A stretch of DNA of 64,000 nt. It comes from Candidatus Sericytochromatia bacterium (GTDB lineage Bacteria; Cyanobacteriota; Sericytochromatia; S15B-MN24; JAQBPE01). Positions within the stretch are counted from its first letter, which is position 1. Every line of letters begins with the position of its first letter. Below, piece after piece: positions 8,797 to 19,049 of this stretch. The notes under the pieces are model-generated. The model ran no database searches. It was not told the origin of the DNA and was given only the letters and a program-made list of their open reading frames with translations. The stretch is taken from contig JBBAPZ010000005.1 in the NCBI GenBank assembly GCA_040400605.1, positions 64,001-128,000 of the forward strand, read 5' to 3'. The position numbers and the translations under genes are program-made.

Positions 8797-9958
8797 CGAG
8801 GACAAGAAACACGACCCGACGCCGCACAAACTGGATGAGGAGCGAAAGAAGGGCAACACGCTCAAGGTTCAGGACCTTTTGAGTGCGGCGGTATTGTTCG
8901 TGTCGGCCTATGCGTTGGTGTGGAGTGGCCAGCTGGTTTATGAGTACGTCTTGAAGTTCGTGATTGAGACTTTGGAGACAATACCGACTTATCGAACGCT
9001 GACGTACATTCAGTCTCTGCAATTGCTGGCGCGCTTGATAATTACGGTTGTTATTGCTTCAGTGCCGTTTATCTTGATTATCACCCTGACCATTTTGGTG
9101 GTGTTGTACGCACAGGTTGGTTTTTTGCTGACATTCAAGCCGTTAGAACCGAAATTTGAAAAGATTGACCCCATCAAGGGTTTCAAGAACAAGATTAACC
9201 CGTTCAAGCTGAAACAGCTTTTTAATCTGCTCAAGACGGGTGTTTTGGTCAGCGTCATTGGCTACCTGGTTTATACGACCCTGCGCGATCAAATGGGCAC
9301 CATTTTGCAAAGTCTGAGCTTTACTCCGGCGGCGGGAATGGTTTTGATTGGCGGCTTGATGATTCAGCTGGCCAAAAAGGTGGCGCTGTTCATGATCGCG
9401 GTCGCCTTCATTTCGTACCTGTTCGAGCGATGGCAGTGGTACAAGGGTTTGAAGATGTCGGACAAGGAGATCAAAGACGAATACAAACAACTGGAAGGCG
9501 ACCCCCACATCAAGGCGAAACAAAAACAGAAAATGTATCAAATGGCACGCGGTGCCGTTGCGGAGGCGATGCCCAATGCAGATGTGGTGGTGACCAACCC
9601 CACGCACTTTGCCGTCGCATTGGAATACAAGCCCCAGCGTGGGATGAAGGCGCCGGTTGTGATTGCGAAAGGTCGCGGCGAATTGGCGCTGTACATTCGC
9701 CGGTTGGCGGAAGACCAGTTTATTCCGACCGTTGAGGACCCACCAACAGCCAGGGCTTTATATGACCAGGTCAAGGTTGGGCAACAGATTCCAGCAGAAT
9801 TGTTCGAAGCGGTTGCCAAAATTATTGCCACGATCATGCGACGTCGGCGCCGTTTGGCACCGGATTTGACGCAGTTGTCAGGTGTGCCAGGTGCCATGCC
9901 AGGACCCGAAACGGGGGGTGACACCCTATCGGATTCATCGGGGCAAACGGCACCATAA
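8789..9958 (+). CDS. flhB: Flagellar/T3SS export switch protein FlhB (EscU/YscU family)
   Basis: KKHDPTPHKLDEERKKG N-terminus, four TM segments, LKMS.KEIKDEYKQLEGDP and the autocleavage motif NPTH. Confidence 0.93.
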   Translation: MADEDKKHDPTPHKLDEERKKGNTLKVQDLLSAAVLFVSAYALVWSGQLVYEYVLKFVIETLETIPTYRTLTYIQSLQLLARLIITVVIASVPFILIITLTILVVLYAQVGFLLTFKPLEPKFEKIDPIKGFKNKINPFKLKQLFNLLKTGVLVSVIGYLVYTTLRDQMGTILQSLSFTPAAGMVLIGGLMIQLAKKVALFMIAVAFISYLFERWQWYKGLKMSDKEIKDEYKQLEGDPHIKAKQKQKMYQMARGAVAEAMPNADVVVTNPTHFAVALEYKPQRGMKAPVVIAKGRGELALYIRRLAEDQFIPTVEDPPTARALYDQVKVGQQIPAELFEAVAKIIATIMRRRRRLAPDLTQLSGVPGAMPGPETGGDTLSDSSGQTAP

Positions 9959-10246
9959 CGCGCTTCTTGCCGTTCAGTGCGCGAGAAAAGGGACAAGACA
10001 GGCTTACCGTTTCACAATGTTTTATCCAGAAAACGGGCCGCCCGGGTCTCCATTTGAAGCACACTCAATTCATTCGTTGAAACATTTTTTTGGGGTACTT
10101 TTTGAATTCGATGGAAATTGACCCGCCTATCGCCGCCAAGGAGTGGTCGGTAACACTCCTTGCGCGCTCACCGGGCCTTGTGGCGCCCGTTCGGTGTGCG
10201 TGCTATTCTGCTTGGCCGACGTCTGTCGCGTTGTGTGGAGGTTTGA

Positions 10247-11995
10247 ATGCGCTACACTGCTTGGATGACCCTGGTGTTGACTGGTTGTTGCCTGGTTGGC
10301 ATCACACCCGACGAAGCGGCAGCCGCTGTGAACGGGTCTGCCTCAGAGTCCCTGTTTCGTGATGTCCCGACGGATCACTGGGCTGCAGCTGCGGTTCAGG
10401 CACTGGCAGCGCGTTACCGGGTGATGGAGGGGCAAAACGACGGCACGTTTCGCGGCGCCCGAACGGTGACCCGATATGAATTGGCTGCCGTGCTGGCCAA
10501 GGTCATGGTCCGTGTCGAAGAATCGTTGAATTCCGGAAGCTTGTCCTCCCGTGCCCTGGATAGCGGCATTTTGCCCGAGGATTTGCGCACCATCGCCCGC
10601 TTGCAGCGCGAGTTTCGTGATGAACTGGAGGTTTTGACAGGCCGCTGTGACACACTTGAAACCCGGGTGACGAGCTTGGAAAAGCGCGTGCGGGTTGGTG
10701 GTGAAACAGAGACGACCTGGCGTGATTTTAGCGGTTCGGCGCCTCAGGCGCGTGCGCCCTTGACCGAGTTTCGGGTGCGAAATCGGGTCAATCTTGAAGC
10801 TTCCGGTGCTGATAACCTGCTGATTCGTGCAAGCGCCTTTTGGGACCTTTATGGCCCGCGCGCCCAAGGAAACGCTTTTGCGCTGAACCCGTCCGGCTCC
10901 GAAGAATTATCTGAGTTTTACTTGCAGCGGGCATATGCCACCTATAGTCCGGATGGCATGACCCTAAGCGGGGGTATCGTCAATTTGAGTGAGGTCTTGA
11001 CCTTGGGAAGCACCTTGCCGCACGCCTTTGGTACGAACCTGTGGCGAGAGGGTGTGGGTGGTTACGGGTTTGTTGGAACCCCGGGTTTGGTTCGGGGTGA
11101 TGCCGGGTTGTCGATGGCACGCCTGGGCGGTGCGGAGTCAGCGGCCACGGCGCCTGTATGGTGGTTGCCGGGTACGGATGTGGTGAATCAGGCACTGGAT
11201 CCCAACGCGGCCCAGTGGTTGTACCCACGCGGTAATTTGACCGTGTGTGCGAAAGGCGATGCAGGTCCTTTCACGTTTGCCTTGGGGTGGTACCAGCCGG
11301 GCTTGACGGGACGAGACGTGAAGCGTCTGTTGGGTTTGGGTGCGCCGGGTAATTTTCATGGTCCTGAGCTTTATGTTGCCGGCCCTCAGATGGTCGGTCG
11401 TGTTGGAGCAGATTTCGGTTGGTTTCGCGCGCAGGTGGCTGCGAAGTCGCCGGGACATTTGTTGGATCAGCCCGGGCGTGCGGACAAAACCTTGAGCGCT
11501 TCGGTCGATCTGGGGAGTGACGCGTTCGGTTTAAATGTTCAGTCGGTGGCAAATTCAGCGTTTACAGGTCAATTTCAGTTGACGCAGACTGCGATGACCT
11601 TTGGCAGCACGGATTTGTGGGGTACGGGAATTGGACTTGCGTTGGCTGCCAATACCGGGGTGACGGTGTCCGGTGCCTCGGAGGTGCGCAACCTGTTTGA
11701 GGGTGGTTTGGCCGGCACGGATTATACATCCTACGGGTTATATTCGCGTTGGCCTGGGTTTAGCGGGTTGCCCTGGTTTGCGGTGGCTTTGCAGCAAACG
11801 GCCGGCGCGCAGTTTGGAAGCACGATCGGTTCGGGCGTGACCATTCAGACGGCCCTCCAGTTGTGGCGTTTGCCACAGCTACAGTTGGAGTACTCGCTGG
11901 GTAAATTCACGCCAGGTTTGGACAATGGTTTGATGAATAATGCTTCGGTGCAATCGCACGAGCAGTTGAGTGCGCAGATGGTGTTTCCGTTTTAG
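10247..11995 (+). CDS. S-layer-homology (SLH) domain outer-membrane porin-like protein
   Basis: Signal peptide, FRDVPTDHWA..AVQAL..RY, GTFRG..VTRYELAA, coiled coil EDLRTIARLQREFRDEL, C-terminal Phe. Confidence 0.85.
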   Translation: MRYTAWMTLVLTGCCLVGITPDEAAAAVNGSASESLFRDVPTDHWAAAAVQALAARYRVMEGQNDGTFRGARTVTRYELAAVLAKVMVRVEESLNSGSLSSRALDSGILPEDLRTIARLQREFRDELEVLTGRCDTLETRVTSLEKRVRVGGETETTWRDFSGSAPQARAPLTEFRVRNRVNLEASGADNLLIRASAFWDLYGPRAQGNAFALNPSGSEELSEFYLQRAYATYSPDGMTLSGGIVNLSEVLTLGSTLPHAFGTNLWREGVGGYGFVGTPGLVRGDAGLSMARLGGAESAATAPVWWLPGTDVVNQALDPNAAQWLYPRGNLTVCAKGDAGPFTFALGWYQPGLTGRDVKRLLGLGAPGNFHGPELYVAGPQMVGRVGADFGWFRAQVAAKSPGHLLDQPGRADKTLSASVDLGSDAFGLNVQSVANSAFTGQFQLTQTAMTFGSTDLWGTGIGLALAANTGVTVSGASEVRNLFEGGLAGTDYTSYGLYSRWPGFSGLPWFAVALQQTAGAQFGSTIGSGVTIQTALQLWRLPQLQLEYSLGKFTPGLDNGLMNNASVQSHEQLSAQMVFPF

Positions 11996-12104
11996 GTGTT
12001 GTGGCTGCCGTAGGATGCGCACGGGATCGGGTGTCTGTTGAACGGGTGTACTGTTGCGGATGGGGCGACGTTTGGCTGTTTGGTTGGTTGGAGGAATGAA
12101 GCGG

Positions 12105-13292
12105 ATGTCAGACGATTCGATTTATCTGGTTGCGGGAGCGCGGACGCCGTTTGGAAGTTTCATGGGTGATTTGCGGCATTTTTCGGCGGCGGAGCTTGCG
12201 ATCGTGTGCGGGCAGGCAGTGTTGGAGCGGGCGCGGGTGGATGCTTCGGCGATCGATTCGATTATTTTGGGCCACGTGATGGGGTTGGAGCGGGAGAGTT
12301 ACTACCTTGGCAAATATGTCGGTGTGCGTCTGGGTATGCCGGACACGGTGACGGGAATGACGGTGAATCGCTTGTGTGGTTCGGGTTTGCAGTCAGTTGT
12401 CAGCGCGGCTCAGGCGATGCGTCTGGGGGATGGGGCGGTGATTCTGGCTGGTGGTACGGAAGCGATGAGTCGGGCGCCATTTTTGCTGCGTGGGGCGCGC
12501 GAGGGTTTGCGGGGTGAGCAGGCTTTGGAGGATCCGTTGCTTGGTGCGCACTCGGTTTTTGTTGACCCGGCTGTGGGGTTGATTATGGGTGCAACGGCTG
12601 AAGAAGTGGCGGATGATCGTCAGATTTCGCGTGTGGCGATGGATGAGTATGCATGTTTGTCGCAGGCGCGGGCGGCTCAGGCGATCGCCACGGGGGTTTT
12701 CGCGGAAGAAATTGTGCCCCTGGCGCTTGCGACCCGGGCAGGCACTCGGATGCTTGGTTTGGATGAGCATCCGCGAGAAACGTCGCTTGAAAAACTGGCC
12801 ACCTTGAAGCCGGCATTTCGCCAGGGCGGGCGTGTCACACCAGGCAACAGTTCCGGGATTAACGATGGTGCGTGCGTCTTGTTGCTGGCGACTGGGGAAG
12901 CGGTATCCCGTTTGGGGCTTAACCCTTTGGCGCGTATCGTGTCGTGGGGTGTTGCGGGTGTGTCGGGGCGCTTGATGGGTTTGGGGCCTGTACCTGCTGT
13001 CGAGCGTGCACTTGGTCGTTGTCAACTTCAACTGTCGGACATCGATCTTTTTGAAATCAATGAGGCCTTCGCGGCGCAATATCTGGCTTGTGAAGCTGGG
13101 CTTGGACTGGATCGCGAAAAGGTGAACATCAATGGTGGTGCGATTGCATTGGGACATCCGATCGGCGCGTCCGGCGCGCGGATTCTGTTCAGCCTTGCGT
13201 TGTCGTTAAGACGACGTAAAGAACGTTATGGCGTCGCTTCGGCGTGTATTGGCGGCGGCCAAGGCATTGCCGTGGTGATTGAAAGGGTATGA
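12105..13292 (+). CDS. Acetyl-CoA C-acyltransferase (thiolase)
   Basis: [29 protein letters not shown] and CIGGGQG motifs. GGAGG lies 10 nt upstream of ATG 12105. Confidence 0.95.
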   Translation: MSDDSIYLVAGARTPFGSFMGDLRHFSAAELAIVCGQAVLERARVDASAIDSIILGHVMGLERESYYLGKYVGVRLGMPDTVTGMTVNRLCGSGLQSVVSAAQAMRLGDGAVILAGGTEAMSRAPFLLRGAREGLRGEQALEDPLLGAHSVFVDPAVGLIMGATAEEVADDRQISRVAMDEYACLSQARAAQAIATGVFAEEIVPLALATRAGTRMLGLDEHPRETSLEKLATLKPAFRQGGRVTPGNSSGINDGACVLLLATGEAVSRLGLNPLARIVSWGVAGVSGRLMGLGPVPAVERALGRCQLQLSDIDLFEINEAFAAQYLACEAGLGLDREKVNINGGAIALGHPIGASGARILFSLALSLRRRKERYGVASACIGGGQGIAVVIERV

Positions 13293-13346
13293 ACTGAGCG
13301 CGTGATACAATCTTTTTGCACCTGAGTACCCGATTGGGAAGGTTCT

Positions 13347-14255
13347 TTGTTGATGTCTTTTTTGACAGGTAGTCGATTTTCACGGCCGAGGCGCGCGTCA
13401 AGTGAGTCGTGTGTCAGAAAGCGTTTGAAGGAGACGGTGTGGCAGTTTTGTCCGCAGTGTCGTTGCCTGGTTGCTCGTGACGCTTGGTTTGGTGCAGGAA
13501 AGGCGTGCCAGGCGTGTGGTTATCATGCCCGGATTGGTTCGCGCGAGCGGATGCGCCAGTTAGTGGATGTTGGTAGTTTCGTTGAATTGAATGCGGGCTT
13601 GCGCGCACAGGATCCACTGCGGTTTGTGGATACGCGGCCTTATGTCGAGCGCTTGCGCGAGGCTTATGACGGGGGTCGACGTGATGAAGCGGTGCTGACG
13701 GGGACTGGTTGTATCGGCGGAATTCCGGTCGCTTTGGCGGTGATGGATTTTGATTTTCTCGGTGGGTCCATGGGGTGCGTTGTTGGCGAACGGGTGGCGC
13801 GATTGATTGAGCATGCGACCGCGCACGCGTTGCCGTTGGTGATGGTCACGGCTTCCGGCGGTGCTCGAATGCAAGAGGGGGTCTTGTCATTGATGCAGTT
13901 GGCCAATACCACAATGGCGTTCACGCGTTACCGGGCGTGTCGGCGCTTGGCGGTGGCGGTTTTGACGGATCCCACGATGGGGGGGGTAACCGCGAGTTTC
14001 CCTTCGCTCGCGGATGTCATTCTGGCAGAGCCTGGTGCTCGGATTGGTTTTGCGGGGCGGCGGGTGATTGAGCAAATTTTACGGCAGTCCTTGGGTGCGG
14101 ACTTTCAGGTTGCAGAGGCATTGTTAAGAGATGGTTTGATCGATCAGATCGTCCCACGTTGGCAACTCAGGGGCGAACTGATGCGCTTGTTGCGTTTGCA
14201 CGCTCCTAAACCGGTCGGTGCGGGTTCGTTGGCGTTAGTGGGTACCGTGCAATGA
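13347..14255 (+). CDS. accD: Acetyl-CoA carboxylase carboxyltransferase beta subunit
   Basis: Zn ribbon CPQC..CQAC, GGSMG, SGGARMQEG, PTMGGVTASF, IGFAGRRVIEQ. Confidence 0.95.
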   Translation: MLMSFLTGSRFSRPRRASSESCVRKRLKETVWQFCPQCRCLVARDAWFGAGKACQACGYHARIGSRERMRQLVDVGSFVELNAGLRAQDPLRFVDTRPYVERLREAYDGGRRDEAVLTGTGCIGGIPVALAVMDFDFLGGSMGCVVGERVARLIEHATAHALPLVMVTASGGARMQEGVLSLMQLANTTMAFTRYRACRRLAVAVLTDPTMGGVTASFPSLADVILAEPGARIGFAGRRVIEQILRQSLGADFQVAEALLRDGLIDQIVPRWQLRGELMRLLRLHAPKPVGAGSLALVGTVQ

Positions 14256-15220
14256 ACGACGCTTACGTGTTGCCCTTTGAATGGCCAGTGGTTGAATTTG
14301 AGGCGCGGATTGCCCAGATGCGGGCGTTTGCGGAAGGGCAAGGTATGGATGTACCTGAGGCTTTTGAGCCGTTGGACCGTGAAGCCGCTGCGTGGCGCGC
14401 GCGTATTTTCGGGTCATTGAGCGCGGGTGAGCGGGTGCAGTTGGCCAGACATCCCCGGCGCCCCACTGCGCGTGATGTGATTCAGGCGCTCAGTGATGAC
14501 TTTTATGAGTTGCGCGGTGACCGGCATGCCATGGATGATCCGGCGATTGTCGGCGGTATCGGTTCATTTGGGGGAGTGCCAATTGTGTGGCTAGGTCATC
14601 ATAAGGGCTCCGATGCCCAGGATCGAAGGCATTGTAACTCAGGAATGCCGCATCCTGAGGGTTATCGCAAGGCGATACGCCTGATGCGGCACGCTGCCCG
14701 TTTCAACATGCCGCTGGTGAGCCTGATTGACACACCGGGTGCGTATCCTGGTGAGGATGCGGAACGCCACAACCAGGGGGGTGCGATCGCCAATGCGATT
14801 GTGGAGATGGCATCTTTGACGGTGCCCACTGTCAGTATCGTGATCGGCGAAGGGGGGAGTGGTGGTGCGTTGGCACTTGGCGTGGCGGATCGGATGTTGA
14901 TGCTCGAACATGCTTACTACTCCGTTATCAGTCCGGAAGGCTGTGCCGCCATTTTATGGAAGAGCGCCGCCAAAGCGCCATTTGCGGCGCAGGCGCTCCG
15001 CCTCACCGCCGAAGACTGTCATGCACTCGGCGTCGTTGATGAAGTGATACAAGAACCCCCTTGGGGTGCTCATCGTGACCCTGCTGCCAGTGCCGCGTTC
15101 ATTGCTGAAGCGCTTCAGCGGCATCTATCCTGGCTCTTGGCGCTGTCCCGTTCTGAATTGTTGCAACGCCGTTACACGAAGTACCGAACCATGGGTTCTT
15201 TCAGTGAGGTGCAAGAATGA
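14252..15220 (+). CDS. accA: Acetyl-CoA carboxylase carboxyltransferase alpha subunit
   Basis: ARHPRRP, PEGYRKA.RLM, IDTPGAYPG, GEGGSGGALA, YSVISPEGCAAILW. ATGA overlap with accD. Confidence 0.96.
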   Translation: MNDAYVLPFEWPVVEFEARIAQMRAFAEGQGMDVPEAFEPLDREAAAWRARIFGSLSAGERVQLARHPRRPTARDVIQALSDDFYELRGDRHAMDDPAIVGGIGSFGGVPIVWLGHHKGSDAQDRRHCNSGMPHPEGYRKAIRLMRHAARFNMPLVSLIDTPGAYPGEDAERHNQGGAIANAIVEMASLTVPTVSIVIGEGGSGGALALGVADRMLMLEHAYYSVISPEGCAAILWKSAAKAPFAAQALRLTAEDCHALGVVDEVIQEPPWGAHRDPAASAAFIAEALQRHLSWLLALSRSELLQRRYTKYRTMGSFSEVQE

Positions 15221-16191
15221 AACGCTTGGCTGTCTTGACCAGTGGGGGCGACGCGCCCGGTATGAATGCGGCCATTCGTGCCGTGGTGCGCAAGGCGCTT
15301 CACGAAGGCTGCGAAATCTTTGGGATCAACTACGGTTACAATGGTCTGTTGCAAGGCGATATGCGTTTGATGGACTACGAACACGTTGGAAACATCATTC
15401 AGCGAGGCGGGACGATTTTAAAAACGGCTCGCTCCACGCAGTTTCCAACCCCGGAAGGTCAAGAGGCTGCCATGTTCGAACTGACGCGGCGCGGTATTGA
15501 GGGGTTGGTGGTGATTGGTGGCGATGGTTCGTTTCGTGGTGCGCAGTTGCTCGGGAAAAAAGGTATTCGGATTTGCGGTGTTCCGGGCACGATCGACAAC
15601 GACATTTACGGTACGGATTACACCATTGGCTTTGATACCGCATGCAATACCGTGCTTGACGCTGTGAACAAGATTCGTGACACCGCCAGTTCGCACAAGC
15701 GCATCGTCATCATTGAGGTGATGGGCCGAGATTCTGGCTGGATCGCATTAACGGCAGGTCTGGCTGGCGGCGCCGAGTTCGTGATCGTGCCAGAGATTCC
15801 TTACGACCTGGATGTCGTCACTGATAAAATCATCCGTGGCATGAAACAAGGGAAGGAGCACTCCATTGTTCTCGTCGCTGAAGGTGCCGCCCACGGCTTT
15901 GATGTGGGCGAACGTCTGCGGGTGGGAACGGGTTATGATACGCGGGTGACCGTGCTCGGTCATATTCAGCGCGGTGGCAGTCCCACGGCCTTTGATCGCG
16001 TCCTTGCAACCCGCCTCGGTGCCGCGGCGGTGGATGCGCTGCTTGGCGGGCAATCCAACATCATGGTCGGCGTGCAGGGGGCAGCAACCGTGGCGTGTGA
16101 GCTTGACTCCGTGATTTCCCAAAAACGCGGTCTTGATGTCAGTCTTTACGAACTTGAAGCAGTGATGTCAACCAGACTTGTTTCCGTCTGA
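15217..16191 (+). CDS. pfkA: ATP-dependent 6-phosphofructokinase
   Basis: LTSGGDAPGMNAAIR, GGDGS, PGTIDND, EVMGR, LGHIQRGG. Confidence 0.97.
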   Translation: MKRLAVLTSGGDAPGMNAAIRAVVRKALHEGCEIFGINYGYNGLLQGDMRLMDYEHVGNIIQRGGTILKTARSTQFPTPEGQEAAMFELTRRGIEGLVVIGGDGSFRGAQLLGKKGIRICGVPGTIDNDIYGTDYTIGFDTACNTVLDAVNKIRDTASSHKRIVIIEVMGRDSGWIALTAGLAGGAEFVIVPEIPYDLDVVTDKIIRGMKQGKEHSIVLVAEGAAHGFDVGERLRVGTGYDTRVTVLGHIQRGGSPTAFDRVLATRLGAAAVDALLGGQSNIMVGVQGAATVACELDSVISQKRGLDVSLYELEAVMSTRLVSV

Positions 16192-16428
16192 TTGACTTGA
16201 CGGCTTGCCATCTGATCCGCCCGCTTGGGCTGCGAGTGCGTCGCATGCACTGTGAAGGCCAAATCGCCATTGCGAGTGGGGAGTGGTAACGATTTGGCGA
16301 GAATGTGCTCAGGGCGATTGGGGTGAAGTGAAGCATTGAATGGCCGGTCCATCATTTCAGTGTTGTAATCAGCCAAAACTGTCCGACGGCTAAATGCTCA
16401 CCGTTTGCCTGGTTAGGTCAACTGTCCC

Positions 16429-17169
16429 TTATGATGCGGCTAATTCGTTGGTCTGGGACGCGGGCAGGCTTTCAAGTGCGTAGAGAATTTCTTTACGTAC
16501 GGCGTCACTCAGTGCTTCGAGGTTGTCTTTCGTGTAAAGACTGGCGTCGATAGGTGGTCTGAATATCACGTCGATTGTGCCAGGTTTTAACTGAAAACGC
16601 CCGGTTTGTTGAATTGCATAGGCGCCCTTGAATGCGTAAGGGATGATGAGCGCACCGGTTTCAATTGCGAGATGAAAAGGCCCTTTTTTGAACGGTTGCA
16701 ATTGTCCATCCTTGGTGCGGGTGCCTTCTGGCATGATGGCGATCGACACACCGTCAGCCAAACACGCCTGCGCCCGCGCAAGGGATGCTTTCGCTGCTGC
16801 CAAATCACTGCGATCAATCCCGATATTGCCCCACCGTCGAATAAACCAACCATAAATCGGGAGCCGAAAATTTTCAATTTTTTCTATGGCGACAACCCAA
16901 CTCGGCACACCATGAATCCCGATGAAAGGTTCAAAGAGGTTGACATGATTCGACGCAAAAATCACGCCACGTCCCAGTGGAATATGCTCCACCCCGTGTA
17001 CGACAACCCGTATGCCAAACGCCCGCAGTATCCATCCACAAGCCCAACGATGAAAACCGTGATGATCCCGGATCGGTCTGAATACACTCAGCAACAACGT
17101 CAGGAACATCCAGGGGATTAACAGTGCGAATCCCCTTAACCAGTAAAAGGTACTCCAAAGATACGACAC
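16429..17169 (-). CDS. plsC: 1-acyl-sn-glycerol-3-phosphate acyltransferase family
   Basis: NHxxxxE variant of the catalytic NHxxxxD motif, IDR, PEGTR, FKKGPF. Confidence 0.85.
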   Translation of the reverse strand: MSYLWSTFYWLRGFALLIPWMFLTLLLSVFRPIRDHHGFHRWACGWILRAFGIRVVVHGVEHIPLGRGVIFASNHVNLFEPFIGIHGVPSWVVAIEKIENFRLPIYGWFIRRWGNIGIDRSDLAAAKASLARAQACLADGVSIAIMPEGTRTKDGQLQPFKKGPFHLAIETGALIIPYAFKGAYAIQQTGRFQLKPGTIDVIFRPPIDASLYTKDNLEALSDAVRKEILYALESLPASQTNELAAS

Positions 17170-17185
17170 GACAAACCTTTACATC

Positions 17186-17214
17186 AAAAAAAAGAGGGGC
17201 AATTGCCCCTCTTT
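17186..17214 (-). terminator. Intrinsic terminator after tRNA-Met
   Basis: AAAGAGGGGC-AATT-GCCCCTCTTT hairpin running into a T tract on the minus strand. Confidence 0.85.
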
Positions 17215-17217
17215 GAG

Positions 17218-17291
<74 letters not shown>

Positions 17292-17296
17292 AAACT

Positions 17297-17325
17297 AGTG
17301 TATCAATAAATTTTGCGATTGTCAA
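17297..17325 (-). promoter_or_regulatory. Sigma70-type promoter of the tRNA
   Basis: Minus strand reads TTGACA-17 nt-TACACT with an extended TGn before the -10 element. Confidence 0.75.
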
Positions 17326-17789
17326 AGGATTTTTAAACAAATTTTTACGGGCAGTCGACATTTCATAGCGAAAAATCCCGAAAATCAAGTTATCGCTTGA
17401 TCGTTAACAGTTTTCGAGCCTCAAAACAATTTGGCGCAGTCGTGGAGGCAACGTGCATTGAAACAAGCATCCAGGGGGTGTTTCAAGCACATTTTGATTT
17501 TATGGATTGTCGAACAAGTGTTTTTCATCGTTGGGGATTATTGTCGGGCACAATGGCACAGCGAGCACACCAAGCGGCTCACAATCCAAAATGCCACACG
17601 CGCCCATCCATCAAATTTACTGCTTGTTTGTAAAAGTTTCGTTTCATTCAGCGGCCGGTGACACCAACGTTGCGCCTCTTTTGGGTCACCGAGCCATCGT
17701 AACCAGCCCGCCTGACCAGTGAAATTGGTGGTTCCCTCACGCGCTCAAGTGTTCGACACGATGATGGTGGCGGGTAGTATACTGGTGAT

Positions 17790-18128
17790 ATGCGATACAT
17801 GTTGTTGGCTTGGCTCTGGTCGGCACTGGCGTTTTTATTGGCAGCCCTTGTGGTTCCTGGGTTCCGTGTGGATGGTTTCTGGCACGCTTTGTTGGCCGCT
17901 TTGGTTTTGGGTTTCTGCAATGCGCTGGTGCGTCCTGTGATCATCTTGCTGACCTGGCCGTTAACCGTTTTAACGCTGGGTTTGTTTTTGCTTGTTGTAA
18001 ACGGTCTGGTGATGACGTTGGTGGTGTGGCTGGTGCCGGGGGTTGCGGTTGCAAACTTTGGTGTCGCGATTGTGGTTGCGATAATCATTGCCCTCGTCAA
18101 TGCGATCGCGGGGCGTCTGCTTGGCTGA
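17790..18128 (+). CDS. Four-TM membrane protein, YvlD/'phage holin family' (DUF360-like)
   Basis: ALLAALVLG..NALVRP.I.LLT.PLTVLTLGLFLLVVNG pattern. Confidence 0.85.
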   Translation: MRYMLLAWLWSALAFLLAALVVPGFRVDGFWHALLAALVLGFCNALVRPVIILLTWPLTVLTLGLFLLVVNGLVMTLVVWLVPGVAVANFGVAIVVAIIIALVNAIAGRLLG

Positions 18129-19035
18129 TTTCCGTCGCGTGTGGCCTTATGGCTTCCTGATTTTTTCGGTGATGTGTTGGGGCGGCTCGTTTATTGCCAC
18201 GCAAGTTGCCCTGCGCGGCGTTCCACCCTTTGCCTGCGCGGTTTTGCGTTTTGCCATGGCTTCAGTCGTGATGCTTGCCTTGCATCGCGTGCTGGGACAA
18301 ACGCTGCATCTGCCGCGCCGTGCCTGGCGACGCGTCGTGTGGGCGGCATTCACGGGTGTCACGATGACCTACGCACTTGAGAATTGTGCATTGAGCCTGA
18401 CAACGGCACTTAATGGTTCGCTTTACATTGCGGCGATGCCGTTGTTGACTGCTGTGGGTGCCATTTATCTGTTGGGTGAACGCATGTTGCCACGGCAATG
18501 GCTTGGCGCCATTTTGGCTGCGACTGGCCTGATGTTGATGAGCGGTGCCAATTTTGCGGTCACCGGCATCGGCGATGCGCTCATGGCACTCACGTGCGTG
18601 ATGGGCGCAATTTTTGGCTGGCTCACCAAGTCGCTGGTGGATGATGGCATTCCCCATCTGGTTTGCGTTACCTGGACGTTCTTGCTCGGGCTGTCGGGTT
18701 TGATGCCGCTGGCTGTCGTTGAAGCGCTATGGCGCACGGAGCCGTGGCAAACCGGTTATGCGCAGTGGAGCGCCTTGGCATACCTGGCTATCTTGTGCAG
18801 TGCTTTGTGCACGTGGATGTGGCTACGGGCTCTGTCGTACGTATCGGTTTCCGTCGCGGGACTGTTTTTGTACGCCATGCCCGTATTCACCCTGATTTTT
18901 TCTGTACCGCTGCTTGGAGATGGTATAAGCTGGTGGGCGTGCGTTAACGGGGTGATCATCCTTTTTGGCGTGTGGCTTGCGACCGACGCGGCAAACTGGC
19001 AGGGAAATACCCTTAAAGAGCCGGCGTCTGCCTGA
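18088..19035 (+). CDS. DMT/EamA family transporter
   Basis: WGGSF.AT, PP...A.LRF and about 10 TM segments in two repeats. True start is probably slightly downstream. Confidence 0.85.
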   Translation: MPSSMRSRGVCLADFRRVWPYGFLIFSVMCWGGSFIATQVALRGVPPFACAVLRFAMASVVMLALHRVLGQTLHLPRRAWRRVVWAAFTGVTMTYALENCALSLTTALNGSLYIAAMPLLTAVGAIYLLGERMLPRQWLGAILAATGLMLMSGANFAVTGIGDALMALTCVMGAIFGWLTKSLVDDGIPHLVCVTWTFLLGLSGLMPLAVVEALWRTEPWQTGYAQWSALAYLAILCSALCTWMWLRALSYVSVSVAGLFLYAMPVFTLIFSVPLLGDGISWWACVNGVIILFGVWLATDAANWQGNTLKEPASA

Positions 19036-19049
19036 CAGGAGGGTGTTTC

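Noticed and set aside
17458..17490. Recurring intergenic motif TGTTTCAAG / CTTGAAACA (also near 7350, 39106, 63828)
   Set aside because: Short and AT-rich; cannot be separated from chance by eye.
17400..17509. Possible sixth, reverse copy of the dispersed element
   Set aside because: One end (TCGTTAACAGTTT) fits but the other matches only about 8/14; too weak without a statistical scan.
17790..18128. Prophage inferred from the 'holin family' gene next to a tRNA
   Set aside because: This family is common in chromosomes; no integrase, endolysin, structural genes or tRNA 3' duplication.
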